Shown in pieces: positions 49,495 to 60,779 of a stretch of 64,000 nucleotides of DNA. A model generated the notes under the pieces. It did no database searches. It was given only the letters and a program-made list of their open reading frames with translations, and was not told the origin of the DNA. The stretch lies in IMG/VR virus record IMGVR_UViG_3300026549_000046, positions 1 to 64,000 of that record; one strand, written 5' to 3'. A program made the translations under genes and the position numbers. Numbering within the stretch: the first letter of the stretch is position 1; every line of letters starts with the position of its first letter. Source of the DNA: a virus. Its lineage: Duplodnaviria; Caudoviricetes.

Positions 49495-50299
49495 AGACAA
49501 AGAACTCTTAAAAGACTATTTTAAGGATATATCAAAATATCCAGTTCTTTCTAGTGAAGAGCAAATTGAATTAGCTAGGAAAGTAAAGAATGGGGATAAT
49601 AAAGCTAAAGATAAATTAATAACTTCAAATCTTAGATTTGTTATTACTTGTGCTAGACAATATTCTGGACAAGGAGTTCCTTTAATAGATCTTATAAATG
49701 CAGGAAACTATGGACTACTTTTAAGTTGTGCTAATTTTGATCCAGAAAGAGGCTATAAGTTTTTAAGTTTTGCAGTTTGGTATATTAGAAGAGAGATAAT
49801 TAAAGAAATTTATAATAACGGAAGAACAATAAGATATCCTATTACATATATAAGTAAAATAACGAAAGTAAAAAAAGCTTATGATGAATATGTTTTAAAA
49901 TATCAAAAAGAACCCTCTGACGAGGAGTTAATTAAATTAACTAATTTAACTGAAAAACAGTATAATTCTGTTATAACAAACAAATCTTATTGTCAATCCA
50001 TAGATACACCAATTTCAAAGAATGAAAAAACTACTATAGAAGATATATTAGAAGATAATAGTAATTCTAGTATTGATTCTTTTGGTGTTGAAGCTATTGA
50101 AAATTCCTTAAAGATTCTCAATCCTAAAGAATATTTAGTTATAACTAAATTTTATGGTCTATGTGGAAATCAAGAAAGTGCCATAAAAGATATTGCTAAA
50201 GAATTAGGACTAGGAGATGAAAGAATTAGACAAATTAGAAAATCTGCAATAAAAAAATTAAAAAGTAGGTGCGGAAAAACTTTAAAAACATTATTATGA
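49481..50299 (+). CDS. Sigma-70 family RNA polymerase sigma factor
   Basis: LITSNLRFVIT.ARQY...DLINAGNYGL...FDPERGYKFLSFAVWYIR; region 4 IAKELGL..ERIRQI. Confidence 0.93.
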   Translation: MNFNEDKELLKDYFKDISKYPVLSSEEQIELARKVKNGDNKAKDKLITSNLRFVITCARQYSGQGVPLIDLINAGNYGLLLSCANFDPERGYKFLSFAVWYIRREIIKEIYNNGRTIRYPITYISKITKVKKAYDEYVLKYQKEPSDEELIKLTNLTEKQYNSVITNKSYCQSIDTPISKNEKTTIEDILEDNSNSSIDSFGVEAIENSLKILNPKEYLVITKFYGLCGNQESAIKDIAKELGLGDERIRQIRKSAIKKLKSRCGKTLKTLL

Positions 50300-50595
50300 T
50301 ACCAAAGGAATTTACAATTAATAACACTACATATAAAGTTTCTTTATTAGAATCCTCCGAAAAGGATTTGAACTATAATTTAGGAGATTATTGTGGAATA
50401 TTACATGAGATTAGAGTGGCTAAAAATGTCAGAGTAGATGAAACAGATATTAAACTATCTGATGATGATATATTATTAACTTATCTTCATGAATTAGGAC
50501 ACTGTTTTGGAGATTATTATAAAGATGATCATAGTGAAGAATTTGCTTGCGCTTTTAGTCACTTTATGTTTGATTATATAAAAAGTAAGAAATGA
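50296..50595 (+). CDS. Zincin-like HExxH protein
   Basis: TYLHELGH...SEEFA. Confidence 0.7.
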   Translation: MIPKEFTINNTTYKVSLLESSEKDLNYNLGDYCGILHEIRVAKNVRVDETDIKLSDDDILLTYLHELGHCFGDYYKDDHSEEFACAFSHFMFDYIKSKK

Positions 50596-50745
50596 TATAT
50601 TTTACTATTGCTAAAAATGAATGTGGATATTTAATTGATAGTATTTCTGAAGATTTAGAAGCACTTAAAAGAAAATTTCCAGATGAAAAAATATATAAAT
50701 CAGATGAGCCTATAGTAAGTATTTATGTAATTAAAGATCAATTAA

Positions 50746-51003
50746 ATGAAATTTATAGTTGAAAGAAATTTTTTGGTTAAGACTGAAGAAGTTTTAGATT
50801 TAAATCCAAAAGATTTTCTTCATTGTGCTAATATAATGGAGCTTAACGATGAAATAAACGACTATATTTCGAATAAATGTGAGCATCCAACACATCCTGG
50901 ATTTCAAGATTCAGAAGAAATAGGTTGTAGATATTTCGAACAATGGCCTTTTTCATTTTATTTAGAATGGCAAAAACTAAAGGGACTTCCAGAGGAGCTG
51001 TAA
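50746..51003 (+). CDS. Hypothetical protein
   Basis: ORF track. Confidence 0.65.
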   Translation: MKFIVERNFLVKTEEVLDLNPKDFLHCANIMELNDEINDYISNKCEHPTHPGFQDSEEIGCRYFEQWPFSFYLEWQKLKGLPEEL

Positions 51004-51361
51004 TTCCAGTTAAAACCCAACCAATTTGGCAAATAGGAATGTTATTTCCAGATGGAAGAAAAATAAGTAAACCTAAATGTACTTTAAATGAAATATTTAA
51101 TACTTACTTTATAGGATTAGATAAATATTTAGATAAAGGACTTTCTTCGGAAGAACTTTTAAATAAATATAAAGAATCTTTTATTAGTAAGGGAATTAAA
51201 GTACAAATTAATTATATAGATTCTTACGGACACTTATGGAAAGGAAAAGTTGCTTGGCCTAGAGAATCCAAGTTTATAGAATATTTAAATAATAGATTAA
51301 ATGAAAAATGAAAAATATTATCTTTTTTTAACTTTTAAACTTAAAGAAGAAATAGAAAAAA

Positions 51362-51748
51362 ATGACTGAAAAAGAATTTTTAGAAAAGAGAATTCCTATA
51401 TGGCTTGAAGGAGAGGATTTACATGTATCTACTCCTTCTAATATGGATAAGAATAATATTCATGCAATGCTTACAAAAAAGTACGGATATAATTTTATGT
51501 TTTGTATTAGGGGATATTATTGGCCAGGTTCTCATGTTCAATTATATATTGGACAATATGAATGTCCTAACTGTACTTTATTAGTAACATCATATTTATT
51601 TCAATATTTTCCAGATATTAAATATATTGGATTTGGCTGTTATGAAGGAAACCCCGGGGAAATATGGCCGGCCAAGATAGTTGTAGCTAGAAATATGGAG
51701 TGTTTGAAGGATGATATACTTAATAAGCAAACAGAAGCAGCTGTTTAA
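51362..51748 (+). CDS. Hypothetical protein
   Basis: ORF overlapping the polA start. Confidence 0.7.
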   Translation: MTEKEFLEKRIPIWLEGEDLHVSTPSNMDKNNIHAMLTKKYGYNFMFCIRGYYWPGSHVQLYIGQYECPNCTLLVTSYLFQYFPDIKYIGFGCYEGNPGEIWPAKIVVARNMECLKDDILNKQTEAAV

Positions 51749-54023
51749 AACTGATTTATATTTTGAAATATCTTTTGAAGAGGCTAGAAATGCTATTTGT
51801 AAACTTAGTGTAATTCAATTTGATACTGAAACTTCTGGATTAGATCCATATACTAAAGAATTACTTTGTTATCAATTGGGTAATAAAGAAAATCAGTATG
51901 TATTTGATCAATTCTCCTATCCTATAACTTTATTTAAAGAATTATTTGAATCAGAAAAACTTTTTATTGGACATAATATAGGATTTGATTTAAAGTGGTG
52001 TTATAAATATAATATATGGCCAAAACATGTTTATGATACTATGTTAGTTGAACAATTAATATGGTTAGGATATAGTCATAGAGCTATTTCTCCAGAAGAG
52101 TATCATGAAGAAAACTATAATTTTCCGTATCTTGAAAAAGAAAATAAGCAAACACATGAATCTTATTATGAATTTAGTTGTTCACTAAAAGCTGTTGGTC
52201 AAAATAGATTAAATATAGAATTAGACAAAACAGTTAGAGGAAAAATTGTTAAGGTAGGTCTTACTCCAGAAGTTATTAATTATGCTGCTACAGATGTAAT
52301 GCATCTTGAAGACATTAAGGAGTCTCAACAAAATGATATTGATAGAGAAAATCTTCAAAAAGCAGTAGATTTGGAAAATGAATTTGTTAAAGTATTAGCT
52401 TATATAGAATTTTGTGGAGTAAAACTTGATGTTGATAAATGGAAAGCTAAAATGGCTAAAGACCAAGAGAAGCTAGACATTGCTTCTAAAAAACTTAATG
52501 ATTTTATTATTAAGTATTTTAATGAACATCAAGGAAATATCCGATTAAAAACTATAGTTACAGAGCATGTGATTGATGCACAATGGATACATGATGAAGA
52601 GGAATTAAAAAAATATAATATTAAACTTTATCAACCCTCTGAAAAAGTTAAAAGATATTATACTAGAAAATCTGGTATTGATAAAGTAGGAACACTTTAT
52701 TGTGAAGAAGTAGAAATACCTTTCCCTTATGTAGAACAAAATTTACAGATGGATTTATTTCAAGAATTCGACCCAACTCCATTCTGTAATATTAATTGGA
52801 AGAGTCCTAAACAAACAATTCCAATATTTGAACTATTAGGATTTAAACTTGATACTTTCGATAAGAAAACTAAACAAAAAAAGAAATCCACTGATTCTGA
52901 TACTATTAAATCTCAAAGAGAAGTGTGCCCAGAAATAGCTGATGCTTATATAGAATTTAAAGAAGCTGCCAAAGTTTGTGATGCTTTTGGAGAAAACTGG
53001 TTAAAAGCAGTTAACCCAGTAACAGGTAGAATTCATGCAGATTTTCATCAATTAGGTGGAGATACTGCTAGATTAAGTTGTGGAGGGGGTGAGGCTTCAG
53101 TAAATGTTCAGCAATTACCGAGAGATGCTGAAACTAGAGCATGTTTTGTTTCAGAGCCTGGAAATTTATTTATTTCAGAAGACTACTCAGCACAGGAATC
53201 GAGGCTCTTAGCATCAGTAACAAATGATCCTGCTTTAATAGAACTTTATACAACTGGTTGCGGGGATTTACATTCTCTAACTGCATATATGTCTTTTCCT
53301 AATAGAATTCCTAGAGATACTAGAATTGAAGATATTAAACATCTTTTTCCTCAAGAACGTCAAGAAGCTAAATCTATTGAATTCTGTATTGGCTACGGAG
53401 GAACAGATGCTACTATGGTTCAAAATAATGGTTTAGAACCAACAGAAGCTAAAAAAATTTATAATGATTATATGAAAGGCTTTCCTGGAGTTAAGAAATA
53501 TCAAGATTATTGTCGTAAAGAAGTAGTTAGAAGAGGATATATCTTAATGAATCCAGTAACTGGACATAGAGCACATATTGAAGATTGGGATAATCGTTGG
53601 AGAAAAATACGTGATTTTGTAAACCAACCTGGATTTTATGAAGAATTCAATAGAATGAAAAAATATGATCCATACAGTAAAGAAGTTTATTGGATTAGGC
53701 AATGGTTTAAAAAGAAATCAGATATAGAAAAACAGTCTATTAATTACAGGATACAAAATAGAGGTGCCTGTTGTTTTAAACTTTCTGCTATATTGCTCTT
53801 CAAATGGATTATAAAGAATAATTATCAAAACATAGTTAAAATATGTGTTCCAGCACATGATGAATTTGATTGTGAATGTCCTGCAAGTATGGCTGAAGAA
53901 TTTGCTTTAGTATTACAAAAATGTATGGAAAATGGGGCTAAACCATTTTGTACCAGATTACCTTTAAGTTCTGATTTATCAAGACTTAAGGATGGAAGCA
54001 TTCCTAATTATTGGATACATTAA
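51711..54023 (+). CDS. polA: DNA polymerase family A with 3'-5' exonuclease
   Basis: FDTETSGL, GHNIGFD, YAATDV, TARLS, DYSAQESR, RQEAKSIEFCIGYG, NYRIQ, AHDE. Confidence 0.95.
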   Translation: MIYLISKQKQLFKTDLYFEISFEEARNAICKLSVIQFDTETSGLDPYTKELLCYQLGNKENQYVFDQFSYPITLFKELFESEKLFIGHNIGFDLKWCYKYNIWPKHVYDTMLVEQLIWLGYSHRAISPEEYHEENYNFPYLEKENKQTHESYYEFSCSLKAVGQNRLNIELDKTVRGKIVKVGLTPEVINYAATDVMHLEDIKESQQNDIDRENLQKAVDLENEFVKVLAYIEFCGVKLDVDKWKAKMAKDQEKLDIASKKLNDFIIKYFNEHQGNIRLKTIVTEHVIDAQWIHDEEELKKYNIKLYQPSEKVKRYYTRKSGIDKVGTLYCEEVEIPFPYVEQNLQMDLFQEFDPTPFCNINWKSPKQTIPIFELLGFKLDTFDKKTKQKKKSTDSDTIKSQREVCPEIADAYIEFKEAAKVCDAFGENWLKAVNPVTGRIHADFHQLGGDTARLSCGGGEASVNVQQLPRDAETRACFVSEPGNLFISEDYSAQESRLLASVTNDPALIELYTTGCGDLHSLTAYMSFPNRIPRDTRIEDIKHLFPQERQEAKSIEFCIGYGGTDATMVQNNGLEPTEAKKIYNDYMKGFPGVKKYQDYCRKEVVRRGYILMNPVTGHRAHIEDWDNRWRKIRDFVNQPGFYEEFNRMKKYDPYSKEVYWIRQWFKKKSDIEKQSINYRIQNRGACCFKLSAILLFKWIIKNNYQNIVKICVPAHDEFDCECPASMAEEFALVLQKCMENGAKPFCTRLPLSSDLSRLKDGSIPNYWIH

Positions 54024-54208
54024 TATGGACTTTGAATATATAGTATTAAGTCCAAAAGAAGTACAAAATCTTTTGGATTATATTGAGATAACTCCATCTA
54101 ATCACTGTATATGTATTTCTAAAAATATTGATAATAATAGAATATATGTAGAAGATTTTGGAAAAGATAGAAGAGAAGAAGGAAATGAATTAGAGATTAC
54201 TGAAAATT

Positions 54209-54580
54209 ATGAAGAAATTTAATGTGATTGTTTATAATATAAACAGTAAAGAATTTGAATCTTATAATATAATTCCATATTTAATTTCTTGTTATGATAA
54301 AAAAGAAAATAAACCAAAAACATTTGAAGAATTTAAAGAATTTGTAAAGAATGAATCAATGTATCAATGGTGGTCAAGATGTGAGTATGAAATTATATTA
54401 AGTCCCTGGCCTTATATAACTTCTCCTAGTGAACGCTATAATAAGAAAGGAGAAGATGATGTAGAAGCCTGGAAAGAACACTGGAAAAAACATTTAAAAG
54501 AATGTGAAAAGATTGATGTTCATTATCAAGTAATGATGAATCTTGATGTGATAACTGATCTAGTAATGGAGAGTATATGA
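54209..54580 (+). CDS. Hypothetical phage protein
   Basis: YQWWSRCEYEII...KIDVHYQ motif. Confidence 0.75.
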   Translation: MKKFNVIVYNINSKEFESYNIIPYLISCYDKKENKPKTFEEFKEFVKNESMYQWWSRCEYEIILSPWPYITSPSERYNKKGEDDVEAWKEHWKKHLKECEKIDVHYQVMMNLDVITDLVMESI

Positions 54581-54906
54581 AACTAACTAAAAAAGAAATT
54601 GACGTTATTGTAGATGACGCGTCTCAAGGTATCTACGACGACGTATGGGCTGAACTTAATATTGAATTTGTAGAAGAGTATATATTGGATAATACTGCAA
54701 ATGAATATGATAATGAAGATTTGAATGAAATCCTCAAAAGGCTTCAAGATATTCAAAAAGAAATACAAGAAGAATATATTTCAGAGGAAGAAGAAAGTTT
54801 GTATCAAGAAATTGATGAATTTATACATGATACTGATATACATTTAAGTCATACAAATATTGGTAAAGTTTTAACAAAATTAGCTAACTACTATTTACAT
54901 GGATAA
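54577..54906 (+). CDS. Acidic hypothetical protein
   Basis: Coupled ORF. Confidence 0.7.
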   Translation: MKLTKKEIDVIVDDASQGIYDDVWAELNIEFVEEYILDNTANEYDNEDLNEILKRLQDIQKEIQEEYISEEEESLYQEIDEFIHDTDIHLSHTNIGKVLTKLANYYLHG

Positions 54907-55201
54907 TTCAATTTATATAGGTAATGGTATTTTAGAACAGATAAAAAGCTTTGGTTATAGTTATCCAAATACCGTAACTAAAGAATCTGTAATATTAAAT
55001 AATAAAAATGAGTATTTAGAATATACTCCCATACAATCATTAAATGGATTTAATATTGGAGATATTATTATTTCTAAAGGTAAGAAATATAAAATTATAA
55101 ATATTGTAAAAGATGCTGATAAGCCTTTTGTATGTAAAAAGATTAAAGGAATATCAATAGATCATAAATATTTTGATGTTGCGGAAATACAAAAATGCTA
55201 A
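54899..55201 (+). CDS. Hypothetical protein
   Basis: Coupled ORF. Confidence 0.7.
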   Translation: MDNSIYIGNGILEQIKSFGYSYPNTVTKESVILNNKNEYLEYTPIQSLNGFNIGDIIISKGKKYKIINIVKDADKPFVCKKIKGISIDHKYFDVAEIQKC

Positions 55202-55313
55202 TAGAGGTAAGAAGAATTGAAAAATATCCAGAACTATTCCCCGATTTATATGATGATTTATATAAAGCATTAAATGAAGTAGAAGGTAATTGTATTATAA
55301 GAATATGTAAATT

Positions 55314-55640
55314 ATGAATAAATATAACGTAGTAATGATAGAAGGCAAACAATGTATTCCATTTTTAAATCTTACTGAACAAGCATTTTATGATAAACTT
55401 TGGGAATGGACTTATGAGGATGATTTATGGGATTATTTAGAAGAAGTTAATCCTACTAAAGAAGAGCTTGAAAATGTCTTAGATCAATTTATAAGAGAAA
55501 GTATGTTTCATGAATATGAGGATGATGATGTAGATTGTTTTGCTTTTGTAAATACTGACGAAGGAATTGTAGAATATCAAATAAGTGAAAGATTAATTGA
55601 ATTTGTACATGCTAAAATAGAAGAACATAATGAAAGATGA
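55314..55640 (+). CDS. Acidic hypothetical protein
   Basis: Packed ORF. Confidence 0.7.
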   Translation: MNKYNVVMIEGKQCIPFLNLTEQAFYDKLWEWTYEDDLWDYLEEVNPTKEELENVLDQFIRESMFHEYEDDDVDCFAFVNTDEGIVEYQISERLIEFVHAKIEEHNER

Positions 55641-55835
55641 TAATATTTATCTTCAATATTTAAGAGAATTAATGATTAACTGGAGATGTATTCAAAAGAA
55701 ACCTATAGGTGGATGTCTTATGTTAATTAAAAATGATCTTGAAGAAGATTTTATTGAAATGTTAGAAAGTCATTTACATGATTTTAAAGTTAATGAAGAT
55801 GAGTTTCACTGGAACGGAACAACTATTAAATTAGT

Positions 55836-56423
55836 ATGATTGATAATTTTAAATTAATAAACTCCCTTCTTAAATTTCCTAATGACGATACTTATTACCA
55901 TTTACAAATTATAAGAAGAGGTAAAGACCATCCAGAACTTTCTGCTGCAAATAGATTAATTAAATCTTATTTTATTACTGATATTAATGATTTAGATTTT
56001 TATGAACAAGAAATAAAAGACTTATGTAAACTCTTTGGAGCAAGAGCATATATTAATCTTGCTCCTAAATCTATTAAGAAAACTACAATGCTTCAATTAA
56101 AGTATCTTGCTCAACGTGCTTATGAAGGAGATTTTAAGAAAATTTGGAAATCTTGGAATACTTGTGCTGGAGAAATAAAAGGAGAAGAACCTAGATGGAT
56201 TGTTGATAATGATAATCCCTTAGAAAAAATGATTTATTGGTGGGATGTTAGAGAGTATATTAATGAAAAATGTGAGCCTGTAGGAAATAAAATTATAAAT
56301 ATTATTCCAACTAAAAATGGCAATCATTTAATTACAACTCCCTTTAATCTTCAACAATTTAAAGAGAAATATCCAGATATAGATGTTCATAAAAATAATC
56401 CAACTTTATTATATTGCTTATGA
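55836..56423 (+). CDS. Hypothetical phage protein (possible primase-polymerase-like fold)
   Basis: WIVDND and PTKNGNHLIT resemble AEP motifs I/II; weak. Confidence 0.6.
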   Translation: MIDNFKLINSLLKFPNDDTYYHLQIIRRGKDHPELSAANRLIKSYFITDINDLDFYEQEIKDLCKLFGARAYINLAPKSIKKTTMLQLKYLAQRAYEGDFKKIWKSWNTCAGEIKGEEPRWIVDNDNPLEKMIYWWDVREYINEKCEPVGNKIINIIPTKNGNHLITTPFNLQQFKEKYPDIDVHKNNPTLLYCL

Positions 56424-56552
56424 TAACAGTTATTAAACAATCTAGGGAAGAACTATATGATATGTATATGAGGTGTTCTAAAGAAGAACTAGCTTCTATG
56501 TTAGCTGAGAGAGATTATATTGGATTAGAATTTAATAAAATAATAAATCATA

Positions 56553-56822
56553 ATGAAAATTAAAGAATTATTATATAATACACCAGAAATGACTGAAGAA
56601 AAGCTTTTAGAAATTATAAATAAAAATCTTCCTATGATGCGTTCGTCTGCTAAAAATAGAATTAGAGAACTTCATAAAGGAGAGAATAATTTAGCTAAAG
56701 CTTTTCTAGATGAATACGATTTAATTCAAGATAAGAAATCATATCTTACAAAAGGACAGCGAGATCAAATTGTTGGATTTGTAGGATTGTGTATGATTCA
56801 AATGACTAAGGGAAGTGAGTGA
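56553..56822 (+). CDS. Hypothetical protein
   Basis: Packed ORF. Confidence 0.7.
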   Translation: MKIKELLYNTPEMTEEKLLEIINKNLPMMRSSAKNRIRELHKGENNLAKAFLDEYDLIQDKKSYLTKGQRDQIVGFVGLCMIQMTKGSE

Positions 56823-57150
56823 AGAATTAAACAATGAACCAGTAACTAATCCTCAAGTAAAAATAGATTGGGATTTATACAAAACATTAAAATATTTAGG
56901 GATTATTAGAGACCATATAGAAGAAGACATACGTTCTTTTAATATTGGAAAAAGTAATTATTCTAAACATTTAATTCAACCCTGGACTATTTGGTTAGAT
57001 TATCCAGAATTAACTAGTTGGGATCATGATATTATTAAAAGAGTCCTTAGAACTAAAGAAGGAGAACCTAGGGAAGTTGATTATGAGAAAATAATTCATA
57101 ACTGTCAAGAACGTTTAAGGCAAATAAAAGAACAAAGAAATGAAAATTGA
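56815..57150 (+). CDS. DUF3310-like protein
   Basis: GKSNYSKHLIQPW...IIKRVLR.K...DYEKIIH. Confidence 0.65.
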   Translation: MSEELNNEPVTNPQVKIDWDLYKTLKYLGIIRDHIEEDIRSFNIGKSNYSKHLIQPWTIWLDYPELTSWDHDIIKRVLRTKEGEPREVDYEKIIHNCQERLRQIKEQRNEN

Positions 57151-57694
57151 AATTAGAAGAATAACTAATTGGTCGATGGCATTAAGTTCGGCACGATTTA
57201 CCCAAAGAAAGGAGCCTATTAGTGGAGAACCCTCAATTAAATGGAAGAAAAAACTTATTAAAGCTGAACATTCTCCATTAAGGTGTGTATTATTTAACAT
57301 TGATATGTATGATATTCCATATAGAACTTCAGTACATTTTGTAAGGCATGTACATGCACAACCATTTGGCAGTACAAGTCGTCCAGATATTGATGGAAAA
57401 ATGCCTCCTCGTTCAGAACAAAAGAAAGATGATCCAGTTAATCTAAGATTATTTCTTAACGCTGAAGAAATAATTAATATTAGTAGAAAAAGACTTTGCA
57501 ATAAAGCAGAAAAAGAAACAAGAAAAATTTGGAGACAAGTAATAGAAGAACTTAGAAAAACTGAACCAGAACTTGCTAATGCTTGTGTTCCTAATTGTTT
57601 ATATAGGGGATTCTGTCCTGAATTCAAGTCTTGCGGGTTTGCAGATTCTGAATTATTTGTATTGAAATTACATGATTATTTCAATAGCCTATGA
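57140..57694 (+). CDS. thyX: FAD-dependent thymidylate synthase-like protein
   Basis: AEHSPLR, VHFVRH, SRPD, NAEEIINISRKRLC..A..ETR, C.YRGFCPE. Confidence 0.75.
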   Translation: MKIEIRRITNWSMALSSARFTQRKEPISGEPSIKWKKKLIKAEHSPLRCVLFNIDMYDIPYRTSVHFVRHVHAQPFGSTSRPDIDGKMPPRSEQKKDDPVNLRLFLNAEEIINISRKRLCNKAEKETRKIWRQVIEELRKTEPELANACVPNCLYRGFCPEFKSCGFADSELFVLKLHDYFNSL

Positions 57695-58098
57695 TAGAAA
57701 ATAAAAGAATAGGAGATTTAGAATTTAGACCTTCTTCATATTTACTTCCAAAGGATAGATGGCCTAAAAATCCTTCTTATGATATAGCTTTATGGTATCC
57801 TAATAATTATTATGGAAGAGATAATGAATTTCCAGAAGATCCATTAGATAATTCTTTTAGAACAGACCCTAAATATTCCAATTATAGAATTCATAAATCA
57901 TGTTTTAAACATCCAGAAACATGTTTTACTATAGCTAGTTTTGATTATGACGAACATGAAGGATTTTATGAATTACATTTTTGCCTTGATAGGCCTATTG
58001 AATATTTAAATACTGTAGAAAAAAGAGACGCCTTTTGGGAATTATTATACTATGGTAATGAACAATTAAATAATAGTAAAGATGAAGAAGAGTCATAA
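57691..58098 (+). CDS. Hypothetical protein
   Basis: Coupled ORF. Confidence 0.75.
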   Translation: MIENKRIGDLEFRPSSYLLPKDRWPKNPSYDIALWYPNNYYGRDNEFPEDPLDNSFRTDPKYSNYRIHKSCFKHPETCFTIASFDYDEHEGFYELHFCLDRPIEYLNTVEKRDAFWELLYYGNEQLNNSKDEEES

Positions 58099-58823
58099 TT
58101 GTTATCATTGTGGTTATTATAAAAATGGATATTGCAATGACTTAGATAAAAGAGTAGGTCCAGATGATCCTGTATGTTCAGAAGAATATTATAATTCATG
58201 AATAAATTTATAGAATATGATATTCATAATGGAATTACCCAAATATGGTGTGCTGTTATGAATATTCTTGACGCTTTGGATAAAATGGAAATTGATTCCT
58301 ATAACTTTGGTCCTTATATATCTTCTACGCTAATAGAAGAATGTATGGGACAGTCGGGGTGGGAAATAGATGGAGATATATTTTATTCTCCTTCTAGAAG
58401 AGATTTTGTATTTAGTAATGATTCAATATTAGAGTTACGAACATGAAAAAAATTGAAGTGAATATTTCTCAATGTTTAAGTTCTACCGAAGTAATAGAAG
58501 TTCCAGAAGATTTTGAAGATTATGATAATACTGGAGCTTTATGTGATTTTGTTAGAGAACAAATAATATTACCATCAGATTGTTTAGAACATGAAGGTTA
58601 TTGGTGGAATGTTGATGAATTTTGGGTAGGAGTATGATTGAATTTAAATTAAATAAAAAGGAAACAGAGCTTGCTGAAAAATTTATGCAAGAACATAGAC
58701 ATCCTGAAGTTTACAAAGGCACTATAGGAGGACATTTAAATTATATATTCACCCCTACTTCTATTGGAGATGCATGTAGTATTAAATGTAATATATGTAA
58801 TACAGAAGAAAATATAACAGATT

Positions 58824-59405
58824 ATGATAGTTGGTAGTCACAACAGTTGGAGTTATCTCCCATCTAAGAAATGGTGGATGACTCCATTTAAGTTTATGGC
58901 TAAATGCCAAGATTTAAATATTATTGAACAATATGAAATCGGAGTACGATGTTTTGATTTAAGAGTTAGATTTAATAAAAAAGGAGCGTTTGTATTAGGT
59001 CATGGTTTTATGCAATATGATATATCCCTAGATGAATTATTAGAAGATCTTAAATGGCTTAATTCAAAAGAAGATACGGTGTATATAAGGATATTGCATG
59101 AAGTTAGAAATAAACATCAATATACTACATCTTCTATTGCGAAATTCAAGTATTTATGTACTGGATTAGTAACAGCTTATCCTAATCTTATATTTTGGTG
59201 TGGTCGAAATCTTTATAATTGGGAAATAGATTATTCCTTTTCTTGTAATCCATCATGTGAAGAAAAATATTCATCAGTATGTTCTCCAAAACTAATTGAT
59301 GATTGGTATCCAAGATGGTTTGCTAAGAAAAATAATATAGATATATTGTATAAAGGTACAGATAAAGATATACTTTTAATTGATTTTGTAAACTATGGAT
59401 ATTGA
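58824..59405 (+). CDS. PI-PLC X-domain phosphodiesterase
   Basis: GSHNS, CQDLNIIEQYEIGVRCFDLRV, GHG. Confidence 0.85.
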   Translation: MIVGSHNSWSYLPSKKWWMTPFKFMAKCQDLNIIEQYEIGVRCFDLRVRFNKKGAFVLGHGFMQYDISLDELLEDLKWLNSKEDTVYIRILHEVRNKHQYTTSSIAKFKYLCTGLVTAYPNLIFWCGRNLYNWEIDYSFSCNPSCEEKYSSVCSPKLIDDWYPRWFAKKNNIDILYKGTDKDILLIDFVNYGY

Positions 59406-59853
59406 TAAATTAATTAAAATGGCAACTCTAGATAAGAATGGAGCTGCTAAGGAAGCTTATAGGGCTATTAAGGCTGAATTACTTTTAAATAATTCAGCTA
59501 AAAAACCTAGAGAATTTGGAAAAGATATACAACTTCCAAATGGAGAATTTATAAATGAACTTCAAATTTCTATTATTAGAAAGTTAATTAAGGAAAGAGA
59601 AGAGCAAGTTTCCATGTATGAAGCTAATAGTCGTAAAGATTTAGCTGATATGTACAGAGAACAAATAAAATATTTAGAACAATTACTTCCTCCAGAAATT
59701 TCTAAAGAGCAAATCCAAGAAGCTGTAGTAACTGCTTTTCCGAAAGGTTATCCTAAGAAGGAAATGGGGTTTGTGATTAAACAAATTAAGGATATTTATC
59801 CAACTGCTGATGGAAAATTAATTTCTGAAATAGTTAAAAAGCATATTGTATGA
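59395..59853 (+). CDS. GatB/YqeY domain protein
   Basis: RAIKAE...KLIKEREE...Y....RKDLA...EQ...LEQLLP...KEMG...ADGKLISEIVK. Confidence 0.85.
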   Translation: MDIDKLIKMATLDKNGAAKEAYRAIKAELLLNNSAKKPREFGKDIQLPNGEFINELQISIIRKLIKEREEQVSMYEANSRKDLADMYREQIKYLEQLLPPEISKEQIQEAVVTAFPKGYPKKEMGFVIKQIKDIYPTADGKLISEIVKKHIV

Positions 59854-60043
59854 AAATATTTTTAAATTATATTGTAATTCCTATTATAGTAGCAGTGGAA
59901 GTAGTAGGAGTTTCAAAATTATATCCGCTTTGTGAAGATTCTATTTGGAAATTAATTCTTCTTTATTTCGGAGTATATATTACATATGAAATATACAGAG
60001 GCATAAAAAACAACTATTATTCTAATTTTTAAAAATTTAACAA

Positions 60044-60622
60044 ATGATTACATTAATTATTGTAGACTGTCAAAATGATTTTATTACTGGAACAATGTCA
60101 GTAAAAGGTGCTAAAAATGCTGTAGAAGAAATTAAAAAATTTATTAAAAATCACCGTAAAGAAATCGAAAAAATTATATTTACTGTAGATTGGCACCCGT
60201 TTAATCATATGTCTTTTAAGAAAAATGGAGGACAGTGGCCTTCCCATTGTGTACAATACACTCCAGGAGCTTGTATTGAACCAAAACTTTTAAAGTTCGT
60301 ATGTAATACTGGTATTGATTATGAAGTTAGTCAAAAAGGTAATATTGAAGAAGTAGAACAATATGGAGCCTTTGAAGATATCGAATTTGTAACAGACGAA
60401 CTAGGGAAACATTATTACTTTGATTCTATAGTTACTGCTAATGCAGATACTGATTTTGTTGTATGTGGAATTGCTGGAGACTTTTGTGTAAAAGCTACTA
60501 TTGAAAATCTTCTTAAAGAAGATATATGTCCTAAAGTATTTTGTCCTGGAATAGTATCTATTGATGGAGGTAAAATATTTAGTGAATTTATTAAAGAAAA
60601 TAAATTAGAGAAAATTGTATGA
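60044..60622 (+). CDS. pncA: Nicotinamidase (isochorismatase family)
   Basis: IVDCQNDF, DWHP.NH.SF, WPSHCVQ.TPGA, GIAGDFCVKAT. Confidence 0.92.
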   Translation: MITLIIVDCQNDFITGTMSVKGAKNAVEEIKKFIKNHRKEIEKIIFTVDWHPFNHMSFKKNGGQWPSHCVQYTPGACIEPKLLKFVCNTGIDYEVSQKGNIEEVEQYGAFEDIEFVTDELGKHYYFDSIVTANADTDFVVCGIAGDFCVKATIENLLKEDICPKVFCPGIVSIDGGKIFSEFIKENKLEKIV

Positions 60623-60779
60623 AATATTCAGAATTAATTAGAGAATTAGAGTGTTGGAAAAGTATTTCTGAAGAAGAAGATCCAGAAGTTGTAGTTGCAG
60701 ATTCTCATGTAAGCTATGAATTTCCCATTAAAAAGATAGAACCTTTTTATGATAATATTGGTATAATTATAAATGCACA

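Noticed and set aside
52480-52790. Intein or intron in PolA (long insert in the thumb region)
   Set aside because: No intein terminal motifs (C...HN), no endonuclease motif, and the frame is continuous.
90-57627. Minus-strand ORFs in the track (e.g. 9325-9909, 33981-34337, 44920-45303, 57115-57627)
   Set aside because: All are shadows of plus-strand genes or tRNAs with low-complexity F/I/S composition and no motifs.
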